A stretch of DNA of 64,000 bases from Moniliella sp. 'wahieum' (taxonomy: Eukaryota), in the NCBI GenBank assembly GCA_003971905.1, contig RSEE01000077.1:248001-312000 (forward strand). The letters are read 5' to 3'. How positions within the stretch are numbered: position 1 is the stretch's first letter; every line of letters begins with the position of its first letter. Position numbers and translations under genes: made by a program. A model generated the notes under the pieces. It was not told the DNA's origin. It did no database searches and saw only the letters and a list, made by a program, of their open reading frames with translations. Positions 39,713-52,440 of this stretch are shown here, one piece after another.

Positions 39713-42700
39713 TCAAGCGCGGCGCCCGTAGCCATTCGGCGTGCGGTTCTTTTTGGAGCTGGACGAGGTCTTCTTGCCCGCCTTCTGGTCCCGCCGCTTC
39801 TGGGCACGCAGCTCCTTCTTGCCGCGCGAGTCGACCATGCGATACCGGCCCTTGACTCCCTTGGGCCGCCCCTGCAGTCCGCGGTTGGATCCGCGAGCCA
39901 CAATCGTCTTGATCTCACGGTCAGGCATCTTCTTGGACGCCTTGCCAAGAATCTTGGCGACCGAACCCGCCTTCTCACGCTCGTTGAGTTCTCCATTGGC
40001 CGCAGAATCCTCCGCGACAACCTTCGGCGCGTTTCCGCGCCTTCTCCAGCCTCCGCACGGCGCGCATCTTTTTGCGAGCCTTAGCCTCCGCCACCTTTTT
40101 GATGGGGCGGGCATCGAGCGCGCGCTGCTTGGCACGGATTGCCTCAACGGCTCCTTAGTGATAGGAATATTGGCCTTGTAATGCACGCCCTCGTCTTCCA
40201 GAACCAAGAAGGGAGGCCATCCTTATCAGCAAACGCACGCTTGTTGAAGCCCTCGTCAACCAAGTCTGTCTTGGTCTTCTCCTTGTTGACCAATTGTCGT
40301 GCCAATTGGACCGCCTCGGCAGTGGTAAGACCACGTTGTTGGATCAACCGTTGCTTTGCCTCATCCTCATCCGAGTCCTCGAATGCCCACTCGCCTGCCG
40401 AGGGCTGGAAGTCGGGAGCACGAGGAACCACTTCAAAGTCATCTTCCTCCTCCTCCGAAGCAGGGTAGAGCCATCCTCCTCCTCACCATCCTCCTCTTCC
40501 TCCTCTTCGACGTCCGAGAGCTCCTCCTCCTCCTCCTCCTCGTCAGACTCTTCCGTGTCAGCCTCGTCATCATCCTGTGCGTCGAACTTGGCTAGATCCT
40601 TGAACAAGGGGTTGTCGAACCATAGGTTGGCTTCCCGCGACAAGTCGGCCTTTTTCTTCTTGCCTTGCAGTCCGTGACCAACGTAGCTGACGTGATCGCA
40701 TCTTCCGCCTCGGCCTTGGAACGCTTGCGTTTCTCCTCGGCCTCGCCTTAATCTGAGCCTGACGCATGGCCTCCACGCGCGCCGCCAGTTCGTCTTCCTC
40801 GTCCTCGCATCGTCCGAATCGTACGTCTCCTCCAGTTCTTTGCGAGACATGTGACCAGCGTAGCCACCTTCATTCATCCTTCTCGTCGTCATTCTCCTCA
40901 TCATCATCCTCGGCCCAGACTCTTTGTCTGATCCCGACTTGATTCCGTACCATTCCTCATCCTCATTGGCACGGTTCTTGTCCTTCTTCTTGGCCTCAGC
41001 AGCACGGAACTTGCATCCCGCTCCGCCCTGCGCTGCTTCCACGCCTCGAACCCACCATCGGCTTCATTCTCGAGACGAGCAAGTTTACGCTCCCGCTCTT
41101 CATCCGAGTCGAGGGCAACGTCCTCTTCCTCAGATTCTGACTCTGACGACTCGGCTTCGGACGACAAGAGTGCATCCATGTCAGCCCATCCCGCGTTTCT
41201 TCTTCCTTCTTTGGTCCGTTGAATGCGCTCCTCCTCATCCAGCTGGAACATCGCCCGATCGGTCTTTGCCGGCCAGCGCCTCATCGTTAATGTCATCGGC
41301 CAGATCCATCGGCGTGCCCATCTTGAGTTGCAAACGCAACGTTTCGCGCGGGCCTTGGTCTCATTCTTGTGCTTGCGAGCCCTGCGCAAGGCAACAAGGC
41401 GCTCCTCATGCAAACGCTTCATCTCCTCGTCAAGGACTTGGTCCTCGTTCATGTTGGCCAACCGAAGCTTCTCCGCCTCTTCTTCGGCACGGGCCTTGGC
41501 CTCGGTCATGGCAACCTTCTGCTCAGGGGTCAATTCCAATCCAATTTCTTGGCGCACAAGCGAACGCCACTTGAGCAGGAAGCGTCATCGCCCTTGCCCA
41601 GCACGCGTAGATCCTCCGCCATGCTGCGCGCACATCACCCGTGGTGGCCTCACTGGCAGCAATGACCCCATCCAACGCACTGGTGTCAGAAATATCGAAC
41701 TTGGCTTGCCGGGGGTAGGTCGGCCTTAGCAGCTAGATCCGGCGCAGCGGACGCTGCCGAGGCGGGGGGGGTGAGGGCGTTGTAGGTCCCAGGATGCCGA
41801 CGGGTCAGAAGAAATGATGAACTCGCGCGAAGAAACCGACTTGTGCAGAGGATGGCACCATCTTCGTACCCTTCACGCTTGCGCTTGCGCGTTTCAGGTC
41901 AACACATTGGCATGTGCGTTGTGAGCGAGGCGGGCAGTGGATGCAAGGTCTTGGAAGTCGTCACAGCGGGCTCGTTGGAATCTTGTCACCTGCGTGACTG
42001 ACAACGGTCTTGTCATCCCCAGTAATAGAGGCGTTGACATCCAACTCCTTGAAGACGTACTTGGGGTTGAGGAACTTCGGGTCGATCCGGCGGGGCGCCT
42101 TGAAGCCACGGCAGACGACGAACGTCTCAGCGGATACGTACGGGAAGAAGGGGGCTTGGTCACCTCAACCTTGTCGAAGAGTTGGCTGAAGACCCAGATC
42201 AAGGCATTGTAGTCACGCGAGCGGAAAACCTTGGTAACAAAAACACCATTAGGAACCAGAAACTCGACGGCAGTTGAGGGCTTGGAGGGTAAGTTCATTC
42301 TGCGTGTACGCGTCTTGAACCCAAGCAGCACCAACATTAGGAGCACCATGTGAAGCACACTGTATTATCGCATTGTGGTCAGTGGTTAGGAAGGCATCAA
42401 ATGAGATTTGGTTAACGCACCAGTCCGCTTTCCAGTCTTTGAGCTCGTTCTTGATCAGCTCGCGGCAGCGGTAGGAGTTTGATGTCCTCGGCGAACGTAA
42501 CGCAAACGAGGAATAGGCTTAATGGGGACAAGATCAACGCCGACAATGAGGGATCCAGGCGGCATCTGAACGGCTGGCAACCTGGAGCCAACCGCCGGGG
42601 GCAGCACAAAGATCGATAGTGCAGCGGGCCTTCTCGAGAAACGCAAAACGCTTGTTAAGATGAACCAGCTTGAAGGCAGCACGAGAGCGGTAACCTGGCT

Positions 42701-42765
42701 CCTTGGCCATCCAGTAAAGCGGTCCAACGGCCCTTGGCCGACTTTTTCTCAGCCTTGCGTGCCAT
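39713..42765 (-). CDS. SPB1: AdoMet-dependent 25S rRNA 2'-O-methyltransferase Spb1 (FtsJ family); intron ~42361-42415
   Basis: [51 protein letters not shown]-frame region upstream of [41 protein letters not shown], and C-terminal [23 protein letters not shown]. Confidence 0.95.
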
Positions 42766-45219
42766 GGGGGGAAGTGGCGCCGACAAGGTGTTGGTTTTGA
42801 GAAGGTGAGGGCTGCCCAACCCACCCTCACAGAGCCACATCCGCGCTCCTTTTTTCGGCCACGCAAAAATTGGGGGCGAACAGCTGCAGCGGAATTGGGC
42901 TCAGCACCGTCCGATCGAATGCACCGGTCTGGGGAGCCTTGTCACCGGTGGCCGAGGGCCGGTGACAACCCTAAGGTGAGGCGGCCCATGCACATATTCC
43001 CACACGCCCGTAGCAAGCACTGGCCCACTTCGGCCTGCAGCGGACGGTGAGGAAAAGGCTCAAGCACACAAGGCCACAGCCAGTACTCAATATACGTCGA
43101 CTCCGGGTGTTGTATATAGTTAACCATAACCAATGGTAACAGCGATAATCGATCTAATCATTGACAACGTAACTGAGTATCGCTCCCAGAACTAGAACTT
43201 CCATAACAACGGTGTAAGCGGAGATAGTGTTGTTAAAACGATATGAAGAGATGTATAAAGACGGGGAGCACACTGTGTTGATATTATGATGTCGATCCAT
43301 CAGGCTTAGTATTAGAGTACTATAATACTGTGGTAGCGCATCCACGATAACGCGATAACGCGCGGAAGAGGAGAGCGACATGGTTGTTCTGGGGCGATTC
43401 AGTTGGTTCCGGGGAAGTATAGACAGCCCCCACATCGTAGATCTCTAATCGAAACACACGTCAGGTCCCGTTAGACCAGCAAAGTCGCCATCAACGGCAA
43501 AATGACCTTAATGGTCCATGATCCACGCGGCAGATCTCCTCCGCAGCCGGCGATCCATGCCCACACACACAGGCCCAATGTGATGCTACGATGCTCCCTA
43601 CCCACTGCGTCTAATTTGGGGCGAAACCCTTCATCTGTGCTGCGCACCGACGGGACAGTGTCTATTAGAAGCTCTGGAAAACACCGCTCTGCCTTCAATA
43701 TTCAATAGGCCTTATGTTGATCCCCTCTACTGGAACCAGCTCTAAAATGGTATCTCAGTAGTCTACTTCTGTTATATCACTGTGCAGCGTCAGGCCCTCA
43801 TGTGTGCGGTGCTGAAGGCTGAAGGGCACTGTGTGAGGACTACTGAGCGCGGACCGGATCTCAACAGATAAGATCGATGATCGATGGTCGATGATCTCAG
43901 AAAAGATAAGCCAAAAACGCATCCTGCCCACGTCGGAGTGGCAACCACCGGACGCTGTTATACCTCCGACGCACAGTCTTCTTTTCGTGTCGCACCCTTC
44001 GCATTGTTTGAGAGCAACAAAAATGTACAAAAATGTACTTTTTTGTTGTGTAAGTTCATGCATGAACATGTAATTAAGGATGCTTTTTGAGAGCCGCTCC
44101 TCCCGAGCCCATGCAGCTCTTGGTCAGTTCAGAGGCGGCTGAGCTCTCTCGGCGCTCAGCGTTTTCTTCCTTCGAGCACGCAACCGCAACAAATATACAT
44201 TAGAGCCTTATTCCCACAGCAAAATGAATACGTGATTATCTAGAGCTCTCTCTTCTCCCTATACAAAAACCCTGCCGAAGGCCGTAAACGCGTGTATCCC
44301 GAAACCGCGGGGAACCGGGGGTAACTTGTATACCCCTCCCCGGTAACTGTATCATCCTCTTACTCCGTCCGTATCGGTCGCGGCTTGTAAATCAGAGACT
44401 CGCTCAGCGCTGAGGCTCAGCGCTCAATGCTCATCTCGATCTCATCTATCTCACCTCTCAGATCTCATCCCTCATCCGGGGTGTGACGATTGCTCGTACC
44501 GACGTACAATAGTTCGAAGGAGGCCAGTGGGGCCTCCAGCTCAGGACGCTCTGCCCCGCTCGTTCCGCTTTTCCAAATAGGATGTAGCGCGGTGCGTGTG
44601 AACCATAACAATGAGAGCGTGGTGTGCATGTGTGAGAAGCGCTGGGCCCGATGTGGATAAACCAAAACTCCACAAAAAGTGGGACTCCTCACAGTGTGAA
44701 GGGTTGTTTCCAATGCTCAAAAAAGCATTTGTCGGCCGCGTCTTGATGTTATATAGTACCCACGTGTGTTATGTGGCCACAAGCCTTGTCGCATCCGCTT
44801 CTGCTCCCAACAGGGTCGAATTAGAAGCAACTCCTCCCGGGGTTCCACAGGCATTTTGTCTGGTTTCTTCGTGTATATTATGCACCTTCCGGGGGGGGAC
44901 GCAAAACCGTACTAGCCTATTTAGTGCCCGAACTAAGATCACCATAGTCCTCAAGGCCTTAAAAGCCTCTCAAAACCCACTATGCCTCTCACTCGTCTCG
45001 CTCCACAGGGTCATTTTCTACTAATCTGTGACAGAGATGCTGTGGCCTGTTGGGTGGCCGGTGGTGGCCGGTGGCCCTAGGACGCCGCCCGGCAAACGCT
45101 GTTCATGTGATCCGCTTGGGTGATCATCGAGATCATTGGTTGATTAATGATTGCCAGCTTCCTCCTACCTCCTCTTGAAGCTGGGAGGGAGACAGGTATC
45201 GAATATCGGGATGTGGCCC

Positions 45220-45610
45220 TGCATGTGACATGTGCATGTGACGTGTGACGGGTGATGCTCACGAGGAAGGGTTGCCAGTTTAGGTAACAGGTAACCGAAA
45301 TAACCGGGTACCGGTTACCGATTATCGATTACTCAGTACTCACGGGTAACATGGTAACATGGCAACACCACAGTAACACAGTAAGTAGGTACACTCCAAA
45401 ATGCGTGATGTATGTTCCCTGCTCCAGTTACCGGCTACCAAAATACAATCGATCTCAACTGCCACAGACCTTCGAGGCTCTCTCAAGCGCTCAGCTGAGC
45501 CTCAAGCACTCAGCTTGAGCCAGCTTGAGCGCGCCTTGAGCGCTTAAGCTCAGCGCGCTGAGCCGGCCTTTCCCCATCAACAGTAGTTTGCATGTGCATG
45601 ATGCATGACA
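45220..45610. repeat. Cluster of short palindromic words (GGTNACC, ATCGAT, GCTNAGC, ATGCAT)
   Basis: ggtaacaggtaaccgaaataaccgggtaccggttaccgattatcgattactcagtactcacgggtaacatggtaac; aagcgctcagctgagcctcaagcactcagcttgagccagcttgagcgcgccttgagcgcttaagctcagcgcgctgagcc. Confidence 0.75.
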
Positions 45611-47094
45611 AGATCTAAGAGACTATAGAGGCGGCAGTTTACAAAATTGAGGACTGTGTGGACCTAGCGGCCCAAGTCCGGCGGCCGGTGGTGGCGCGGT
45701 GAAGACGGTCTAAAACGTTACACGTCAAACGTTTTATACCGCACACTCACAACAGCACACCCAGTTCTACTCAGTGCTCCCGTGTGCTCAGTACACTCTT
45801 CGGGTACTCAGGTGGTGCACTGAACATGTCACACGCGTGACGTGTGACAGAGGGTATTGCCTGGTACGGCAGGTCTGGACACTGCCGGGGCCTTGTGCCG
45901 TCCCTTCTCGGCAATGTGTGGTGCCGGGCTTGGGAGGCTTGGGTCCATGCACGATACGGAACGCTGATCTCAGCGATGATCGGTGATCGATCATCCACCC
46001 TTCCAACGAACACTTGCCTGAAGCAGAAAGGATCGGATCCAATGTCTCGAAAATCTGTTGGTGGAGGGGCACAGCAAACCTAGGCCCTAATTGTGACTAC
46101 TATGTACCGCCGCCTTTTTTCGTCTTCAGGGATCGAAGCGATCCTAGTGATCTTCCCTGGGATCCGAGGACTGACTCTGGCCGCTGTGACTATAGGACTG
46201 GCGGTCTATGTAGGACTCGTGACTGTGATCACAAATAGTACTGTAACATGTATAACACACAGAAGACGGGATATAGTGTGTGACCGGTGACCTCTTGGCT
46301 GCATGTGGGATACTCGATACGCTACCATCCTGCGTCTTACAGCGCTCAACGACAGTATAGGTCCGACCCCCCCTCCCCTTCCAGGTATCCCTTAAACGGA
46401 AATCTTAAACGTCCATCTCCTGCCGGCCGGCACCAGGCTCCCGACGGCACACCCTCTCTGTTACAATCCCAGGTCCCATTTATTATTTTGGCGTTGGATG
46501 AGATTGAGAGACAATGTCAGGAGTGAGAAGATGATCGATGACATGCAAAAGATCGGGTGGTGTGGTCGCACTTACGTGTCGTAATTTCTCGGCTGGACCT
46601 AACGCCCCGCCCGTTGAACTCATTTTGCCGTCTGTGTCCCTCCGACCCCTCTTGTCCGTGCTGCTGTGGTGGCTTTCGGTGGCTACAGATGTTTTCATCC
46701 ACCCTCCCCCTTGGGTTGCCGGTGACGTGGTGGGTAGGTGTGTATCGAGTATCGATATCTGGCGTTTAGTGCTACCTTCACACGCCATCATGCATCAGAT
46801 CTGTCCGATCTCTCAGATCTCAGGAACAGTCAATAGTCAATGAGTAATGAAGGCACTGCGAGTGTGCATGTGAGAAGACCCAGTCGGGAACACAACGACC
46901 GACGAAGATGTTGTCGGCGTGACAAAATACGTGGGAAGGGGGATGTATATATAGTAGCCGTTTCGGTTTCCACGCGCGCGAAACATATTCGCGAGTGGTA
47001 TCCTCACCATCACCTTCTCTCTCGCTTTCCTTTTGGCTGTCGGTCGGCTCTGCAATTATTCCCCTCCGGTTACTCCAACCGCTTTTCTGTCGTC

Positions 47095-49439
47095 ATGCCT
47101 CCCTCTTGGCCGCTGGCTCCGCCCCCTTCAGCTTTGGATCTCATGCGCTCCAACACGCCCAGTCCGTTGCCTACACCCAACGGGGGATCGACCCGCTCAT
47201 CAACATCGCATGAGAATATGTTGATGCTATTGATCCTTCGCCCTCGTCACCGAAAAAGCTCGTTCGCCAGTCCTGGCGACTACCTCTCGCCCACGAGGTC
47301 ATGGTCTCGGGCCAAGTCGATCGTTCCTTCTTCCTCCTAGGCCCCAGCACTGCTTGGGACGTCGTCTGCGGCTTTGAGTGTCTCAAGCAGCTGGACAAAC
47401 TCCCAATGGACTCCTGCTGTGTCTGCGGAATTCCTCACCAAGGCATCTCAAGCGTCAGGTTACTCCTCTTCTGGATTGGACTTGCCTACACTCCCGCTCC
47501 ACCCGGGATCCCGCCCGCAACATGCTCCCCGTTCTGATTCAAGCGCAAGTAAAGAGTCCAAGTTCTCCCAGATCCAAAAGAAAGACTTGAGCCAGGAGAC
47601 GGTGCTAGATGGTTCTGCATGTCCCACCAGAGCAAAGCGCCCTTGGTGGCTCAGATCCCTCTCCACTCCGGTGCGGGAACAACCTATTCGGGCCAAGAAG
47701 CTGTACACCGAATTGGAGAAGGTTCAATCGTCTCGGGTTGCGCTGCGCCGCCGTCGCTGGGTAGTGATTGCGGCCATTGCTCTTGCAATCGTCGTCTTCA
47801 TTACGGCTTTGGGCGTTGGCTTGGGGGGGGGTTGAAGAAGAAGCATCATCCGCACAATCAACCTGCCCTACCTTCCCTCAGTACTGCCGACAACTTAGTG
47901 GACGACAGCCAGGCTGGCCTGTTGCAAAACGGTGCCTACCATACGTCATACACTAATGTGAGCAGTGCCCTGCAGTTTAACGCAGCTGCAACGTTTACGT
48001 TTGCCTCAGCTCCACCAGCGGGTGGAGCGGACGTGGTGTTACAGCAAGGTACGGGGACGGACATGCATGGATTCGGGGCATCCATGACAGACGCTTCGGC
48101 CATAGTCCTCACCCAACTAAAAGTTGCCAACTTGCGGACCTACCAAGCGACGCTGAAAGCATTGTTTAATCGTCGTTCAGGCATGAGCGTCCTTCGAATT
48201 CCAATTGGAGCCACTGACTTTTCCACTCACACCTATACTTGGGCCGACAGTCAAGCAGGGGGGGTAAACGCCACCCCTTCTGCCGCCTTGGCCAACTTGA
48301 ATGCCCAGCCCGCCATTGAAACCATCTTTCCTGTTCTCCGAGATATTTTGGAGGTCAACCCAGATATCAAGTTCATGATCCTTCCTTGGAGTCCACCGGC
48401 GTGGATGAAAAAGTGGGGAACACTTGAGGGCGGGCCATTGGCGGCAAATGCGACCAACTATGTGGTGGAATACCTGGCCCAGTCGGCCAAGGCGTTTACT
48501 CAGGCGGTTGGAGTACAACCGTGGGCGTTGAGTGTACAGAATGAACCTACCAACCCGACCTCTATCCCTCTGCACTCATCTCTCCTGACCAAGAGCTAAC
48601 TCTCCTCGCTATGCTGCGTGGGCGCATGGCTGAGTTGGGTATGGGCAACACCAAATTGGTGGGATTGGAGGATGATACGGTATACTACACAACGGCTCTT
48701 CACCTGCTCAATAACAATGCGTCAGCTGTCGATGCTATCAGCTGGCATTGTTACAACGGTGGCTACATATGATCGATACCGTATGTGCATTCACCTTTTG
48801 CTTTTTTGACCACGGTACTGAGTACTCTCATGATTTTGTCTCTTTTCTGGCCAAACACAGTTCACTTCGGATGCCAAGGATCTGATGAATGGAAAAGAGC
48901 TGTTCTTTACTGAATGTTCAGGACTTGCTGAAAACTCCCCCTACGAACAGGAGTGGGTGAGCAGCGCTCAATGGTGGATGACCCAACTGCTGCTCCCCAT
49001 CATGGAACGCAACTTCACTGTTGCACTAGCCTGGAACATTGCTTTGGACAACAATTTTGGACCCCGGTTGCCCGGCGCGTACTGTGACAATTGCTTTGGG
49101 GCGATCCAAGTTGAAGGGAAAGAGGCGTACACTGCATCGCCTCAGCAGGCTTTATTGGCCCACTTGGCCTTGGCCAGTGCCAACCTGACACGCTTCGGGG
49201 GTGGGGCAGCACACCATACACCCGTTTATTTGTCTTCTTCTCAAGCGCAAGACTGCTTGCTGGCCAGCGCCTTTACGGCTCCTTGGGGGCGCGCAGCCAA
49301 TGTCACCAACCGGTATGGTCTCGTGATGCATAACACGTGCAGCAACCTTACCGAGATTAGCGTTGCGATGGAGACCACAGGCCAAGCCGAAACGCTCCAA
49401 GTGCCGTACGGTGTATCTACGTTTGTATGGTCATCTTGA
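47095..49439 (+). CDS. Glycoside hydrolase family 30 (beta-1,6-glucanase/glucosylceramidase-like) with an N-terminal membrane anchor; intron ~48781-48860
   Basis: GFGASMTDASA, LRIPIGATDFS, PWSPPAWMK, acid/base VQNEP, nucleophile FTECSG and WNIALD..GP. A TM segment RRRRWVVIAAIALAIVVFITALGVGLG precedes the catalytic domain. Confidence 0.9.
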
Positions 49440-50604
49440 TGATTCTGGCTTTGTCCCTCCTCGTGGAAGAATCACCATCCTCTACGCCGTGCAATCGTCA
49501 CCAATCCGTTCGTAACTCGCCACATCCGTGCTCACTATGCACTATGTTCATCTCGTGATTCTTCCCCGCCATCGGCCATCGCACACTGCACCCCGATCAA
49601 CTACTTTTTTGTTCATCAGTCCCCTGTACACCTTCCTCCTCTATACACGGACGATCCATCGCCTTACCAGTCATCGACCTCTCTGCCACAGTATAATCAT
49701 CGCTCCACGTTCATGTTCCGTCGCTGTCGTACTCTCTCATCCTTTTTCATATCATGCTGACATTTTGTGTATCAATACACGGTTTCTCGAGACATATATC
49801 AGTCGGGACGGGGGTCATTGGCCTGCTATGGTATAGTGAGAAACTAGTTTGTACAAGCGCGGCTTTTTCTGTTGCTGAGCTAGTAGTTGCGTCCCTCAGC
49901 TATGTCCAGCACATATATATCAAGTTCTCTTGTTCTCTAAGAGCGGTCGCGTGCCGCAGTATGATCCTCCCCGCACACCGCACAGCGCCCAACTTCTTTG
50001 GTGCCTCCCTCTCTCCGCCGCGGTTTTCTTCCAGCCAAGTATCCCCTTCCCCATAGGTCATTCATTCTATGTACTCTTCGTGCCTCGTCATTAATTTCGT
50101 CGTCATTTCGACTCCCAATTCCAGCTCTCATGATCTAATCACTCTCAATAGATAAACCCCAGCCTGGTCTTCCCCCCAGTTTGCCTGCTACTTCCTGTGG
50201 TCCCGATTATTTATCTGCTGTGGCTTGGGCAAGCGCTCACGCGATCATATGTGTTCTGCCGTTTTCGACACAGGTTCGAAGTATTCACGAGAGACGATTG
50301 GCGGGCAATGGTAATGGTAGCGAGCATCGAGGGCAACGTCGCGCGTCATAGTCACGTGCCGGCGATCACGTGCTGTCGGCTGATTCCGGGTAGGAGATCG
50401 GACCAGCAGCCGCAGCGCTCGGCCGCTGTGCTCAGCCACGGCGCCCAGCGGCAGGTAGCTTACAAATGGCACGGCAGCAGAGGTCAAGGCGGTAGCACGG
50501 GGGCAGTGTCAGCCGCACGTTTGTTCCGGGCCTACTTGGTCATGGTCTGCTCCACGGCTGCTTCCGCACCACCACACCCTCCCCACCCCGCCCGGCCTGT
50601 GATA

Positions 50605-51158
50605 ATGTCCCTCACCAGCTTTGGCGAGCCAGAGACGAGCACCGGCATGTTCGGTGCCGTCACGAGCTTTGTGTCCTCCTTCCTCCCCACTGTTCACGCC
50701 GAAGAGGAGGAGGAGGAGAGCGAGGAGGAAGAGGAGGAGGACGACGAGCCCGTCGACCCCCGCGAGGAGATCTTCGCTGCATGTGAAGAGAAGGACTGCA
50801 GTTCGGCCAAGCACCACTTTGAGGAATGCCAAACCCGCGTTGAGGGTGGCAAGCTTCTCTTCGAGGGCGAGGACTGCATCGAGGAGTTGTATGTGTCGTC
50901 GCCGGATCTTGTGCTCACTCTGGAAGCATCTTTCATGCGGACAACTCTCTCAGGCTCTGATACGCTGACACTTTGTTACACTACTCTTTTTTTACTACTC
51001 TGCTCTTTGTTTGGCCCATTTTTTTTCATCAAGCTGTACGTCCCCCTCGCTCTACGCTCTACATGCATCAATAACTGACCAGGTTTTGCATCCCAGTCCA
51101 CCTTACCCACTGCGCAGCCGAGTGCACCGCGCCCAAGCTGTTTGCCAAGCTGGCTTAA
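50605..51158 (+). CDS. QCR6: Cytochrome bc1 complex hinge protein; exons 50605-50888, 51034-51035, 51097-51158
   Basis: VHAEEEE..EPVDPREEIFAACEEKDCSSAKHHFEECQTRV..EDCIEEFFHLTHCAAECTAPKLFAKLA*. Confidence 0.95.
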
Positions 51159-51766
51159 GCACGCAACAAACCCGGTCCCGGTCAAGTTGATGCCCCATTG
51201 TCACTTTACCAGCTCGGGTTGGTGCAAAATACATGCAGATCTACTTCACGTGTCCTGTTATTCCCGATGAAGGCTTTTGCTGGGAAGACGAACACGTTGT
51301 GTCCTTCCCTTCACAAACGCTCCTGGTCCTTTGGTACGGTAAAGAGAGGTGTACACGGCTACGCATCCAAGTGATATGGCCTGAACGCTGTGGGCACCTA
51401 GCGTTAGATTCAAAAGGACGAGGCGTATATAGGACGAGTGACGGGGGGGGACAGAACAGAAGGCCATGGAGCCGAGGGAATGGGAGGGAAAGGAACGAAA
51501 CAAAAATGAGGAACAGTGCAAAGCAGGGGTGGCACTTCAGCACCCCTTCTGTGGCCATGATCCATCTTAGTAAAAGTGCTTAGGTCACAGAGGACAAAAT
51601 CCAGAACCGATCGGGATCCAAGCAAGCGAAAGTTCATGGAGGTGCCGAGAACATCGAGCGAAGGGCAGATGCGGCCATTGGACAGTCTCAGGGAGTAGAA
51701 AAGGGGATAATATGGAGGGTGAACGGGAGCGAGTTAGACAGAAGAAAAAGAGAAGAGAGAAGAATG

Positions 51767-52440
51767 TCAACAGTTGCAAGAGTCTTCCGTCTCGGCTCCT
51801 CCCCTTAGGTCCACCCCGCCGCGGTTGGGATTTGCCCGGGCAGCAGGAGAGGAAGCACTGGTGCGCGGAAGCTTCTCGGCAATCAGACGGAACAATTCAG
51901 TCACGTTGTTGCCTGACTTGGCCGACGTTTCAATAAAGAGGAGCCCTTCTTGGGCGCGTATGCCTCAGCCTCCTCTGTCGGCACGGCCCTCGTTTCCGAG
52001 GCCAAGTCAGCTTTATTGCCAGCGAGAGCAATGATAATGTTGGCATCTGCTTGGCGGTGTAGCTCGGAAATCCATTCCTTGGCTTTAGCTAAAGACGTCT
52101 AAGGACGCGGCGGGGGGAGGGGGTTAGCGAAACCAACACAGATAGAGTCACAACGTACTGGCTGAGTCACGTCGTACACCACCACCGCGCAGTTGGCGTT
52201 GCGGTAGTACATGGGCGCCAGTGACTTGTACCGCTCCTGGCCGGCCGTATCCCAGATCTCAAATTTGACAATGGTGTTGTCATCGAGGCGGATGGACTGG
52301 GTGAGGAAAGCGGCCCCAATCGTCGACTCGCGGTAGTCGTCAAACTGGTCCTTGACGAAGCGCATGACGAGCGAACTCTTCCCCACGGCCGACTCGCCGA
52401 GCAGGACCAGCTTGTACTGGAATGTCTGTGGTGCGGACAT
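51767..52440 (-). CDS. Rab5-family GTPase (Ypt5/Ypt52/Vps21-like); intron ~52098-52157
   Basis: [54 protein letters not shown] and the C-terminal CNC* prenylation motif. Confidence 0.95.

Noticed and set aside
43100..47000. Genes or a transposon between SPB1 and GH30
   Set aside because: Only short ORFs, and no transposase/RT/integrase motifs, terminal repeats or target-site duplications seen.
50197..50604. N-terminal extension of QCR6 in the 293-aa ORF
   Set aside because: It uses a GTG start in promoter DNA. The ATG at 50605 gives a normal-size Qcr6, and the ORF's C-terminal part reads into intron 1.
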